From an uncultured Ectothiorhodospiraceae bacterium (lineage in GTDB: Bacteria; Pseudomonadota; Gammaproteobacteria; Nitrococcales; Nitrococcaceae): a stretch of 64,000 nt of DNA. Shown here in pieces: positions 51,595-60,353 of the stretch. The position numbers and the translations under genes are program-made. Numbering within the stretch: position 1 is the stretch's first letter; every line of letters starts with the position of its first letter. The notes beneath the pieces are model-generated. The model did not search any database and was not told the origin of the DNA. It saw nothing but the letters and a program-made list of their open reading frames with translations. Location of the stretch: positions 13,125 through 77,124 of the forward strand of contig CAZAQB010000003.1 of NCBI GenBank assembly GCA_964487155.1, in the 5' to 3' direction.

Positions 51595-52263
51595 TTGAGC
51601 CTGGCCCTGTTCGATCTGGACAACACCCTCCTGGCCGGCGACAGCGACCACCTGTGGGGCGAGTTCCTGGTGGATGTCGGGGCGGTGGACGCCGACTGGT
51701 TCGCGCGGGAGAACGACCGTCACTACCGCGCCTACCAGGAAGGCAGCCTGGACATCGAGGAGTACCTGGCCTTCGCCCTGCGGCCGCTGGCCGAGCACAA
51801 CCTGCACCAGCTGCTGGAGTGGCGCCAGCAGTTCGTCAATAGCAAGATCCAGCCCATCGTCCTTGAGCCCGCCCAGGCGCTGGTGGCCTCCCACCGGCGG
51901 CGCGGGGACACCTGCCTGATCATCACCGCCACCAACCGGTTCGTGACCGAGCCCATCGCCGGGCTGTTCGGCATCGAGCACCTGCTGGCCACTGTCCCGG
52001 AGCAGCGCGACGGCCGCTTCACCGGCGGGTTCCAGGGCCGGCCCACCTTCCGGGAAGGCAAGATCGCCGCCCTGGAGGACTGGGCCGCCAAACAGGGGGT
52101 CGATCCGTGGGACGCCTGGTTCTACAGCGACTCCCACAACGACCTGCCGTTGCTGGAGCGGGTGCGCGAGCCGGTGGCGGTAGACCCCGACCCTCCCCTG
52201 CGGGCGCGGGCCGAGGAACGCGGCTGGCGGATCATGAGCCTGCGCGGCGGGGGCGAGCCGTGA
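51595..52263 (+). CDS. HAD-IB family hydrolase
   Basis: TTG start with GGAGG upstream. LALFDLDNTLL.GDSD (motif I), ITATN (motif II), K........YSDS.NDLPLL (motifs III/IV). Confidence 0.75.
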   Translation: MSLALFDLDNTLLAGDSDHLWGEFLVDVGAVDADWFARENDRHYRAYQEGSLDIEEYLAFALRPLAEHNLHQLLEWRQQFVNSKIQPIVLEPAQALVASHRRRGDTCLIITATNRFVTEPIAGLFGIEHLLATVPEQRDGRFTGGFQGRPTFREGKIAALEDWAAKQGVDPWDAWFYSDSHNDLPLLERVREPVAVDPDPPLRARAEERGWRIMSLRGGGEP

Positions 52264-52442
52264 GCCGGGAGCCACACGCCGCCCCTGGAACACCCCGGCG
52301 AAAGCGCCACCGCCGGGCGCTGCGGTGCATGGCCGCGCAGGCCGCGGCGGCGCGGCGCAGCGCCGCCTGACGGCTGCCGGACCGGGAACCCCGGCCCGGC
52401 CGCATAGATAACACGACAGACTCACGAGGAGGAGGACACGCC

Positions 52443-53333
52443 ATGAGTTCCATCGCGTTCATAGGCCTCGGCAACATGGGCTCACCCATGGCCGTCAACC
52501 TGGTCCGGGCCGGCCATGCCGTCCGGGTTTTCGACCTGATCCCAGAAGCCGTGCAGCGACTCGCCGGAGAAGGGGCAGAGACCGCCGCGTCGGCGGCGGA
52601 TTGCGTAGCTGGCGCGGAGGTGGTCATCAGCATGCTGCCCGCCGGGCGCCACGTCCGGGAGCTCTACCTGGGAGAGGCTGGCGTGCTGGCCAGCGCCGCA
52701 ACGGGGACCCTGCTCATCGACAGCAGCACCATTGCCGCCGAGGACGCCCGGGCGGTGGCGGCCGCCGCCAGCGAGGCCGGCTTCCCGTTCCTGGACGCCC
52801 CCGTCTCCGGCGGGGTGGCCGGCGCCGCCGCCGGCACCCTCACCTTTATCGTCGGCGGCGAGACCGAGGCGGTGGAACGGGGCCGCCCGGTGCTGGAGGT
52901 GATGGGCAAGAACGTGTTCCATGCCGGCGCCAGCGGCGCCGGACAGGTGGGCAAGATGTGCAACAACATGCTGCTGGGGGTGCTGATGGCGGGCACCTCG
53001 GAGGCCCTCAACCTGGCGGTGGCCCAGGGCCTGGATCCGAGCGTGGTCTCCGAGATCATGAAGGCGAGTTCCGGCAACAACTGGGCGCTGCAGGTCTACA
53101 ACCCCTACCCCGGCGTCATGGAGAATGCCCCCGCCTCCAAGGGCTACCAGGGGGGCTTCATGGTGGATCTGATGACCAAGGATCTGGGACTGGCCCAGGA
53201 CGCCGCGGTGGCCACCGGAACCGCAACCCCCATGGGCGCGCTGGCCCGCAATCTCTACCGCATGCACGGGGCGAACGGCGGCGGGCGGCTCGACTTCTCC
53301 AGCATCCTGCAGTTCCTGAAGGGCAGCGCCTGA
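52443..53333 (+). CDS. mmsB: 3-hydroxyisobutyrate dehydrogenase family NAD(P)-dependent oxidoreductase
   Basis: IAFIGLGNMGSPMAVNL..AGH.V.VFD (Rossmann), DAPVSGG...A..GTLTF.VGG, GAGQ..K.CNN. mmsB-like, but no mmsA is adjacent. Confidence 0.8.
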   Translation: MSSIAFIGLGNMGSPMAVNLVRAGHAVRVFDLIPEAVQRLAGEGAETAASAADCVAGAEVVISMLPAGRHVRELYLGEAGVLASAATGTLLIDSSTIAAEDARAVAAAASEAGFPFLDAPVSGGVAGAAAGTLTFIVGGETEAVERGRPVLEVMGKNVFHAGASGAGQVGKMCNNMLLGVLMAGTSEALNLAVAQGLDPSVVSEIMKASSGNNWALQVYNPYPGVMENAPASKGYQGGFMVDLMTKDLGLAQDAAVATGTATPMGALARNLYRMHGANGGGRLDFSSILQFLKGSA

Positions 53334-53350
53334 CAGTCGAGCCGGCAGCG

Positions 53351-54466
53351 TCAGGGCGCCGCCGGCCCGCCCCGGTCCAGGGCCACGGGCTCGTCGGCAC
53401 GGGTCTCGGACCAGGCGCGGCGGGCGGCCGCCAGCAGGGCCTCCGGGGAGCCCGCCAGGGGATACAGGGCGATCCCGGCCCGCAGGGCGGCGCCACGGCA
53501 CAGCTCGCGGCCGAAACGGGTGGCGGCGCCCGCACCGCAGTCGGGCAGCGCCACAGCCCAGGCCTGGGGACCGACCGGGGCGATCCGATCCTGGGGCCGG
53601 CAGCGCCGCGCCAGGGCCTCGCCCCACGCCGCTGCCTGCCCGCCCTCCGGCACCGCGAGGTACACCAGGGCCAAGGTCTCGCCCCGGGACGCCACCCCCT
53701 CGAGGATCTCCCCGAGGCCCGCCATCAGGGCTTCCGCCCCTGAAAGGAGCACCGCGTCCGCCTCGGGCTGTTCCTCGGGCGCCCCAGCGGCCGCCGCCAG
53801 CACCGCCGGCACCAGGCGCTCCAGGTCCGGCGGCTGCAGGTACCAGCCCGCCGCCGCTGCCGCGACGCCCTGCCAGGCGGGCCGGGGTGGGCCGGGCGCC
53901 AGCGCGATCAGGACGCTGCCCGCGGCGGCCTCGGCCACCCGAACGGCATCGGGCAGGGAGGGGTCCAGCACCAGCGCCGCCGGGGCGCCCTCGTCCGCCC
54001 CGCTCAGCCAGCCCTCCGGATCCTCGTGAACTGCCGCGGCGAGGCCAACGCGGCGCAGGCGCGTGGCGAGCGCCAGGGCCGGCCACGGGTCGGCAAGGAT
54101 GAGGTCGATGCGGGGTGCCCCGGGTGGATCCGCCATAGCGGCACGTCGACTGGCCCGCTCCGTGGCACTCGCCAGTCCCAGAGCAAGGCTCTGCAGCCGT
54201 GCCACGGACGGTTCCTCCGCACCGGGTTCCAGCGCCCGTTCCAGGGCCCGGGCCCAGACGCCGACCGGCTCGAAGCCGTAGCTGCCGGCACCGCCGGCCA
54301 GGGCGTGGGCCCGGGCTTCCAGATCCTGCCGCTGGCCGCCGAGATCGGCGTCCGCCGCCTCCAGCAGCGGCTGGGTGAGGCGGAACACCCGCTCCGGCAG
54401 CTCCGCCGCGTAGCGCCGGCGGAGCTCCCAGAGGCGCTGACGCAGCAGGGAACGCTCAACTGGCAT
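53351..54466 (-). CDS. Hpt domain protein with a pseudo-receiver and a degenerate GGDEF-like C-terminus
   Basis: N-terminal Hpt signature ARAHALAGGAGSYGF (H-x-x-K/A-G-x-x-x-x-x-G). The middle region IDLILADPWP...ALVLDPSLP is REC-like without the acidic pocket. The C-terminus LALVYLAVPEGGQAAAWGEALARRCRPQDRIAPVGPQAWAVALPD is collinear with a GGDEF domain, but GGDEF is replaced by GPQAW. Confidence 0.6.
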   Translation of the reverse strand: MPVERSLLRQRLWELRRRYAAELPERVFRLTQPLLEAADADLGGQRQDLEARAHALAGGAGSYGFEPVGVWARALERALEPGAEEPSVARLQSLALGLASATERASRRAAMADPPGAPRIDLILADPWPALALATRLRRVGLAAAVHEDPEGWLSGADEGAPAALVLDPSLPDAVRVAEAAAGSVLIALAPGPPRPAWQGVAAAAAGWYLQPPDLERLVPAVLAAAAGAPEEQPEADAVLLSGAEALMAGLGEILEGVASRGETLALVYLAVPEGGQAAAWGEALARRCRPQDRIAPVGPQAWAVALPDCGAGAATRFGRELCRGAALRAGIALYPLAGSPEALLAAARRAWSETRADEPVALDRGGPAAP

Positions 54467-54842
54467 GGCGCCTCCAGATGGCGCGGACTTCTTCGGCCAG
54501 GGTCAGGGGATCGAAGGGCTTGGGAATGACGTCGACGGCACCCACGCCACGCAGGGCGGTCTCCTCTCGCGGCTGCACCTTGGCGGTCATGAACACCATC
54601 GGCACCGCGTCCAGTTCCGGCAGCCGGCGCAGGCCGTCGAGGGTCTCGATGCCATCCATGCCCGGCATCATCACGTCCAGCAGGATGATATCCGGCCCAA
54701 AGCCGGTGGCCACTTCCAGCGCCTCGGCCCCGCCGGAACACACTCGCAGCTCGAAGCCCCCGAGGGTCTCCAGAGCCATGCGGGCGATCTCCTGGATATC
54801 CGGCTCGTCCTCGACATAGAGCACGCGCAGGGCCCGCCCCAT
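54456..54842 (-). CDS. Single-domain (CheY-like) response regulator
   Basis: Start MGRALRVLYVEDEPDIQEIA.....G........G.EAL.......PD.ILLDVMMPGMDG.ETL..LR........P.VFMTAK........L...GA..VI.KPF. The full acidic pocket, phospho-Asp, Thr and Lys are present. It overlaps the Hpt gene by 11 nt. Confidence 0.9.
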   Translation of the reverse strand: MGRALRVLYVEDEPDIQEIARMALETLGGFELRVCSGGAEALEVATGFGPDIILLDVMMPGMDGIETLDGLRRLPELDAVPMVFMTAKVQPREETALRGVGAVDVIPKPFDPLTLAEEVRAIWRRHAS

Positions 54843-55099
54843 CAGGGCCGCCTCAGGCCGCGGCCTTGCGGTACGGGTGAACGTCCATGGCGGGGAAAAC
54901 CGACGCCGCCATGGCCGCCGGCCCGAGGGCGCTCCCTGAGACATCGGGTGAGCTGGAAGCGCGCTCCCCGGTGATCGCCGCTGGCCTCCCCGGGGACCGC
55001 CAGCACGGCGATCATCGGCTCCGGCGCCATCCGGGCGCCCGGCCTGGCGATGCCGGGGAGGACTTCCCGGAGGCACTGCAGCAGCTCGGTTTCGGCCAC
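54842..55099 (-). CDS. Small hypothetical protein (85 aa), first gene of the CheY-Hpt operon
   Basis: GTG start preceded by AAGGAG with an 8-nt spacer. Its stop overlaps the CheY start as ATGA. The first half has coding-like codon bias; the Arg-rich C-terminal half is less convincing. Confidence 0.4.
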   Translation of the reverse strand: MAETELLQCLREVLPGIARPGARMAPEPMIAVLAVPGEASGDHRGARFQLTRCLRERPRAGGHGGVGFPRHGRSPVPQGRGLRRP

Positions 55100-55231
55100 C
55101 GGCGTTGCTCCTTGTCGACGGAACTGCTAATCACAGGTACCTTATCTGTAAACTAGTGCAAGGGTTTGGTCCAGCGAGCACAGACAGCAAGCGCGCCCTC
55201 TTCTGCAACCCACCGACGGCGTACCTCAGAT

Positions 55232-55930
55232 ATGCGTATCGCGATCCTGGAAGATGACCGGCCTCAGCTGGAGATTCTCGATGCCTGGCTCGAGGAGGCA
55301 GGCCACGACTGCAGCGGGTTCACCGACGCCGACACACTGTGCCGAAGCATGCGCCGGGAGAGCTATGACCTGCTGGTGCTGGACTGGAACCTGCCCCGCA
55401 GCAGCGGCCCCGAGGTGCTGGCATGGGTGCGTGAGCACGTCGACTGGCGGGTGCCGGTGCTGTTCACCACCGCACGCGACCGGGAGGAGGACGTGGTGCT
55501 CGCCCTGGAGGGCGGCGCCGACGATTACCTCGTCAAACCGCTGCGCCACCGGGAGACGGTGGCCCGCATCACCGCCCTCGCGCGGCGGGTCAGCTCGCCA
55601 CTCACCGAGGAGGGTCGCCTGGAGGAGCCCCCCTACTCCTTCGACGTGGAACGCCAGCAGGCGAGCCTGCACGGCGAGAGCGTGAACCTCACGGGCAAGG
55701 AATTCCAGCTGGCGGTGTTCCTGTTCCGCAATCCGGGCCGGTTGCTATCCCGAGGCCATATCCTGGAGGCGGTATGGGGCAAGAGCGGTGATCTGAATAC
55801 CCGCACGGTGGACACCCACATCAGCCGCCTGCGCTCCAAGCTCAGCCTGGGGGAGGAGAACTCCTGGCGGCTGAGCTCGGTCTACCAGCACGGCTACCGG
55901 CTGGAACGGCTGGGCGACGGCGACAGCTGA
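55232..55930 (+). CDS. OmpR/PhoB family response regulator (REC plus winged-helix)
   Basis: Start MRIAILEDD......L...L...GH.........A.......YDLLVLDWNLP..SG.EVL..VR......PVLF.TARD.EED.V.ALE.GADDY..KP. C-terminal LT.KEF.L..FL..N.GR..SR..I...VWG.......RTVD.HISRLR.KL. Confidence 0.9.
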   Translation: MRIAILEDDRPQLEILDAWLEEAGHDCSGFTDADTLCRSMRRESYDLLVLDWNLPRSSGPEVLAWVREHVDWRVPVLFTTARDREEDVVLALEGGADDYLVKPLRHRETVARITALARRVSSPLTEEGRLEEPPYSFDVERQQASLHGESVNLTGKEFQLAVFLFRNPGRLLSRGHILEAVWGKSGDLNTRTVDTHISRLRSKLSLGEENSWRLSSVYQHGYRLERLGDGDS

Positions 55931-55960
55931 ACCCGCCGCCGCCGCGTCTCGACGCCCGGC

Positions 55961-57367
55961 TCACAGCACCCGGGAGTAGCGGGGCGTGCCCGATGAGACG
56001 CTCGCGCGACCCCGATCCAGGTAGGCGTCGAAGGCCATGCCCACGTTGCGCAGGAACAGCCGCCCCCGGGGGGTGACCTGCACGGCTCTGGGTTGAAGTT
56101 CCACCAGCCCGTCCTCGGCCAGCGGTTCCAGGCGCTGCAGGTCCTCCCGGAAGTACCGCTTGAAGTCGATACCGTGTTCCTGCTCCACCGCCGCCATCTC
56201 CACCCGGGAGTGGCACATGATGGCGGAGATCACGTCGCGCCGGACGCGGTCATCGTCGTTGAGCAGGTAGCCCCGGAATACGGCCAGTCCGTCCTCGTCA
56301 ATGGCCTGGGCGTAGGCGTCAGGCTCCTTGCGGTTCTGGAAGAAGCCCTCCCCTACCTTGCCGATGGAACTCACCCCGAGGCCCACCAGGTCGCACTCGG
56401 CGCGGGTGGAGTAGCCCTGGAAATTGCGGTGCAGGCCGCCGCGGCGCTGCGCCACCGACAGCTCGTCGTCGGGCAGCGCGAAGTGGTCCATGCCGATATA
56501 GACGTAGCCGGCCTCGCCCAGGCGGCGGATGGTCAGCTCCAGGATGGCCAGCTTGGCCTCGGCGTCGGGGATGTCCTCGGCACGGATGCGCTGCTGCACC
56601 TTGAACAGATGGGGCAGGTGCGCGTAGTTATAGACCGCGAGGCGCTCCGGACGCAGGGCCAACACGTGGTCCAGGGTGCGGTTGAAGGTCTCCGGCGTCT
56701 GTTTCGGCAAGCCGTAGATGAGGTCCAGGTTCAGGGAGTGGAAGCCGCAGCGCCTGGCGGCCTGGATCACCGTCTCGGTCTGCTCCACACTCTGGATGCG
56801 GTTCACCGCCTGCTGCACGTCGGGGTCGAAGTCCTGCACCCCGAGGCTCATGCGGTTGAAGCCCAGCTCCGCCAGCAGTTCCACCTTGTCGGTGTCGCAG
56901 GTGCGGGGATCGATCTCGATGGAGAATTCCCGCCGGCGCGAGCGGTCCATAGGGAACGCATCGGAAAGGGCGGACATCACCTCCACCAGGTCGTCCCCGT
57001 TCAGGTAGGTGGGCGTGCCGCCGCCGAAGTGCAGCTGCTCCACCTGCCGGTCGCGGTCGAACAGCGCCGCCTGGGCGGTGATCTCCCGCTTCAGCCGGGC
57101 CACGTAGGCCTGGGCACGGCTGTAGTTGGCGGTGATGACCTTGTTGCAGCCGCAGTAGAAGCACACCACCCGGCAGAAGGGTACGTGCACGTACAGGGAC
57201 AGGGGCTTGGGCACCATGTCCTCGTTGCTGGCGGCGGCCGCCTCGCGGTACGCCTGGATTCCCACCTGCTCGGAGAACTGCAGGGCCGAGGGATAGGAGG
57301 TGTAACGGGGTCCCGTAACATCGTACTTGCGCACGAGATCCCGCTCGAACTGGAGAGTCTGTTCCAT
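55961..57367 (-). CDS. hemN: Oxygen-independent coproporphyrinogen III oxidase
   Basis: Start MEQTLQFERDLVRKYDVTGPRYTSYPSA..F. Radical-SAM motif LYVHVPFCRVVCFYCGCNK, then GGGTPTYL. Confidence 0.93.
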   Translation of the reverse strand: MEQTLQFERDLVRKYDVTGPRYTSYPSALQFSEQVGIQAYREAAAASNEDMVPKPLSLYVHVPFCRVVCFYCGCNKVITANYSRAQAYVARLKREITAQAALFDRDRQVEQLHFGGGTPTYLNGDDLVEVMSALSDAFPMDRSRRREFSIEIDPRTCDTDKVELLAELGFNRMSLGVQDFDPDVQQAVNRIQSVEQTETVIQAARRCGFHSLNLDLIYGLPKQTPETFNRTLDHVLALRPERLAVYNYAHLPHLFKVQQRIRAEDIPDAEAKLAILELTIRRLGEAGYVYIGMDHFALPDDELSVAQRRGGLHRNFQGYSTRAECDLVGLGVSSIGKVGEGFFQNRKEPDAYAQAIDEDGLAVFRGYLLNDDDRVRRDVISAIMCHSRVEMAAVEQEHGIDFKRYFREDLQRLEPLAEDGLVELQPRAVQVTPRGRLFLRNVGMAFDAYLDRGRASVSSGTPRYSRVL

Positions 57368-57433
57368 GGGCACCGGAGCACGCGGTTGGGGGGCGAACCC
57401 GCGCCACACTAGCGCCGGGTCCGCCCGGCGTAT

Positions 57434-57447
57434 TTGATTCAAGTCAT
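57434..57447. promoter_or_regulatory. Candidate FNR/Anr/Dnr-type box TTGAT-TCAA-GTCAT
   Basis: Matches TTGAT-N4-ATCAA at 8 of 10 positions. It lies in the divergent hemN/nnrS spacer, centred about 73 nt from the hemN ATG and about 95 nt from the nnrS ATG. Confidence 0.5.
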
Positions 57448-57534
57448 GTACCCCCCAGAGGACCTCCGGCCAGGGTTGCGAAGCTCTCTCATACCGGGGC
57501 CCTTGCGGATCAGACAGCAGCAGATGAGCCACTC

Positions 57535-58728
57535 ATGACACGAACTTCCGAAGGCCCCGCGACGGCACTGCTGGCGGCCCCGTTCCGGCTGTTCTTCCTG
57601 CTCGCCTCGGTCCACGCCGCGGCGGCGATGGCCGCCTGGATCGGCCAGCTCACCGGCACCCTGACCCTGCCGCTCGCCTGGGCCGGTCCCTCCTGGCACG
57701 CCCACGAGCTGCTGTTCGGCACCCTGCCCGCGGCTCTGGCCGGCTTCCTGCTTACCGCCATGGCCAACTGGACCGGGACGCCCCCCCTCTCCGGCCGGCC
57801 CCTGGCGGCCCTGGCCCTGTTGTGGGCCGCCGGGCGGCTGGGGCTGTGGCTCAGCGGCGGAGCGCTGCCGGTGGTGGTGGCCGTGGTCGACATGGCCTTT
57901 CCCCTGAGCCTTGGGAGCTACGCCACCATCGTGCTGGTGCGCCAGGGCCACTACCGCAGCCTGCTGCTGATGGCTGCGGTGGCGGCGCTGGCCGCCGCCA
58001 CACTGAGCTCTCACCTGGGCAACACGGGAGTCCTGCCTGGGGCTGCTGGCTATGCCCAGGAACTGGCCCTGAGCGCGGCCCTGACGCTGATGGTGATCAT
58101 CGGCGGGCGCATCACGCCGGCCTTCACCAACAACTGGCTGCAACGCCAGGGCCGCCCTCCGGCCGCCCGGGCCCACCCGACCCTGGAGCGGCTGGTGCTG
58201 GGCAGCACCCTGGCGTTGCTGGCCGCAAGCCTCCTGGCCCTGCCCGAGCCCTGGGTGGCGCCGCTGGCGCTGCTGGCGGCCGTGGCCAACGCCGCCCGGC
58301 TGGTCGGATGGTCGGGCTGGCAGGCCCGCAGCGAACCGTTGCTGTGGATACTGCACCTGGGCTATGGCTGGATCGTGCTGGCGATGGCCCTGCGTGGGGC
58401 GACGCCGCTGCTGGACGCGCTGTCCGCCAGCGCCTGGCTCCATGCCACAGGCGCGGGCGCCATGGGCACGCTGATCCTGGCGGTGGCCACCCGGGTGGCC
58501 CTGGGCCACACCGGCCGGACCCTGTCCCTGTCGGCCGGCGGACTCGCCATCTACCTGCTGATCCTGGGCGCCGGCCTGGTCCGCACCGCGGTGGCGGTGC
58601 TGCCCGGCGTTCCGTACCGGGAGGGACTGATGCTGGCGGCGGGGGCATGGATCGGGGCGTTTTTGCTCTATGCTCTGCTGTACGGTCCCATTCTGGCCCG
58701 TCCCCGACCGGACGGGCGACCAGGGTAG
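57535..58728 (+). CDS. nnrS: NnrS family haem/copper membrane protein
   Basis: The N-terminus LLAAPFRLFFLLAS......A.W.........L.......WHAHELLFG...AALAGFLLTA..NWTG is the NnrS signature. About 12 TM segments. Confidence 0.88.
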   Translation: MTRTSEGPATALLAAPFRLFFLLASVHAAAAMAAWIGQLTGTLTLPLAWAGPSWHAHELLFGTLPAALAGFLLTAMANWTGTPPLSGRPLAALALLWAAGRLGLWLSGGALPVVVAVVDMAFPLSLGSYATIVLVRQGHYRSLLLMAAVAALAAATLSSHLGNTGVLPGAAGYAQELALSAALTLMVIIGGRITPAFTNNWLQRQGRPPAARAHPTLERLVLGSTLALLAASLLALPEPWVAPLALLAAVANAARLVGWSGWQARSEPLLWILHLGYGWIVLAMALRGATPLLDALSASAWLHATGAGAMGTLILAVATRVALGHTGRTLSLSAGGLAIYLLILGAGLVRTAVAVLPGVPYREGLMLAAGAWIGAFLLYALLYGPILARPRPDGRPG

Positions 58729-58730
58729 CC

Positions 58731-59189
58731 ATGCGGCTGACGCGCTACACCGACTACTGCCTGCGGGTGCTCATCTACCTTGGCCTCAAGCAGGGCAGGC
58801 TTGCCACCATCCAGGAGGTGTCGGAGCACTACGGCATCTCCCGGAACCACCTGATGAAGGTGGTGTTTGAGCTCAACCGCAACGGCTACATCGAGACCCA
58901 GCGGGGCAAGAACGGCGGCATGCGCCTGGGGCGCCGGCCTGAACAGATCCACCTCGGCGAGCTGGTGCGCCGCTGCGAACCCGACCTGGACCTGGTGGAG
59001 TGCTTCAGCGACGGCGACACGTGCCGCATCGCCGCGGCCTGCCGTCTCAAGGCGGTACTGGGTACGGCCCTGGGCGCCTTCCTCAAGGAGCTGGACCGCT
59101 ACAGCCTGGCGGACCTGCTGCAGCCGGAGTCCCAGCTGGTGGAGTTGCTGGACATGCGCCGCGCCCGCGAGAGTCCGCCACGCGGGTGA
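58731..59189 (+). CDS. nsrR: Rrf2 family NO-sensing transcriptional repressor NsrR
   Basis: MRLTRYTDYCLRVLIYLG......ATIQEVSEHYGISRNHLMKVV.ELNRNGYIET.RGKNGGMRL. Three cluster cysteines are present (CEPDLDLVECFSDGDTCRI). It starts 3 nt after the nnrS stop. Confidence 0.85.
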   Translation: MRLTRYTDYCLRVLIYLGLKQGRLATIQEVSEHYGISRNHLMKVVFELNRNGYIETQRGKNGGMRLGRRPEQIHLGELVRRCEPDLDLVECFSDGDTCRIAAACRLKAVLGTALGAFLKELDRYSLADLLQPESQLVELLDMRRARESPPRG

Positions 59190-59304
59190 CAGCCTCTCGG
59201 TGGCCCTCGCCCGGGATCCGGCTTCGCGACCACTCCACGGCCCACCAAGCTGCCAACGCCGGTATACTCGCCTGCCGTTTCGAAACAGCGGCGCCGGAGG
59301 ACTC

Positions 59305-59856
59305 ATGGGCAACCGCCTCAGCAGGATCTACACGCGCACCGGAGATGACGGCACCACAGGCCTGGCGGATGGCTCCCGGGTGCGCAAGGACGACCACCGG
59401 GTGGAGGCGATGGGGGCCCTGGACGAGCTGAACAGCGCCCTCGGCCTGGCGCTGGCGGGGGAGCTTCCCGAGGCCGTGCGTCAGGCCCTGGGCGATACCC
59501 AGCACCGGCTGTTCGATGCCGGTGGGGAGCTGGCCATTCCCGGCTCCACTGTCCTGCAGGAAGACGACGTGCAGCGCCTGGAACAGGCCCTGGACGCCCT
59601 CAACGAGGGGCTGCCGCCGCTGAAGGAGTTCATCCTGCCCGGAGGGACCGAGGCCGCCGCACGCCTGCACCTCGCCCGGGCCGCCTGCCGGCGGGCGGAG
59701 CGCAGCCTGGTGGCGCTGGATCGGGACACCGCGGCACCCGCCAATCCGGTGACCCGGCGTTACCTGAACCGCCTCTCCGACCTGCTGTTCGTGGCCGCCC
59801 GGGTCGCGGCCCGGAACCAGGGTGTCCGGGAGGTGTTCTGGCAGCCGCGCCGCTGA
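59305..59856 (+). CDS. PduO-type ATP:cob(I)alamin adenosyltransferase
   Basis: Start MGNRLSRIYTRTGDDGTTGLADGSRV.KD..RVEA.G.LDELNS.LG... then FILPGG...AA.LH.AR...RRAER. GGAGGA RBS. Confidence 0.88.
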   Translation: MGNRLSRIYTRTGDDGTTGLADGSRVRKDDHRVEAMGALDELNSALGLALAGELPEAVRQALGDTQHRLFDAGGELAIPGSTVLQEDDVQRLEQALDALNEGLPPLKEFILPGGTEAAARLHLARAACRRAERSLVALDRDTAAPANPVTRRYLNRLSDLLFVAARVAARNQGVREVFWQPRR

Positions 59857-59983
59857 GCCGACAGCCAGTGTGCGGGCGTCGCCCGGCAGCGTCGCTTTGT
59901 GAGCCGGCAGCGCCCGTTGCTATAGTCCCGTGCCGATGCCCGCCCGGCCGGTCCATCCCCCTACAGACCCGCGAGGAACGCCC

Positions 59984-60325
59984 GTGTACCCGGACTTCAT
60001 CGAGAACTTCCACCATCGCAGCGAGTCCATGGCCCAGCCCCTGCGCGGCTCGGCGTTCTTCCTGCTGGAGCACGGCGAGCGCCTGTGGCAGTTCCAGGTG
60101 GAGGCGCTGGAGCGCTACCAGGCGCTGTTGCTTGGGCGCATGCGGGACGCCGTGCAAGGCGCCGCCTTCGGCCCCGCGGTGCTGGCCGACTTGACCCACC
60201 ACTGGCTGGAAGACAGCCACCGGCTGGTGGAACTGGGCCGGGATTTCCAGGTATCCGCCGAGAAGGTGCTGCGCGAGGGGGCGGTGGTGCCTCTGCGGCG
60301 CACCTGGGCCGGCCCCGGCGCCTGA
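59984..60325 (+). CDS. Hypothetical protein (113 aa; possibly phasin-like helical protein)
   Basis: GTG start with GAGGAA upstream. The sequence looks helical (ERLWQFQVEALERYQALLLGRMRDAVQG). Family assignment is weak. Confidence 0.4.
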   Translation: MYPDFIENFHHRSESMAQPLRGSAFFLLEHGERLWQFQVEALERYQALLLGRMRDAVQGAAFGPAVLADLTHHWLEDSHRLVELGRDFQVSAEKVLREGAVVPLRRTWAGPGA

Positions 60326-60353
60326 GACCACCGGAGTGCCGGGCGGCTCGCCG

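Noticed and set aside
54887-55156. 89-aa plus-strand ORF antisense to the small ORF upstream of the CheY gene
   Set aside because: It has no RBS. It overlaps the better-supported minus-strand ORF, which has AAGGAG and an ATGA coupling to the CheY gene.
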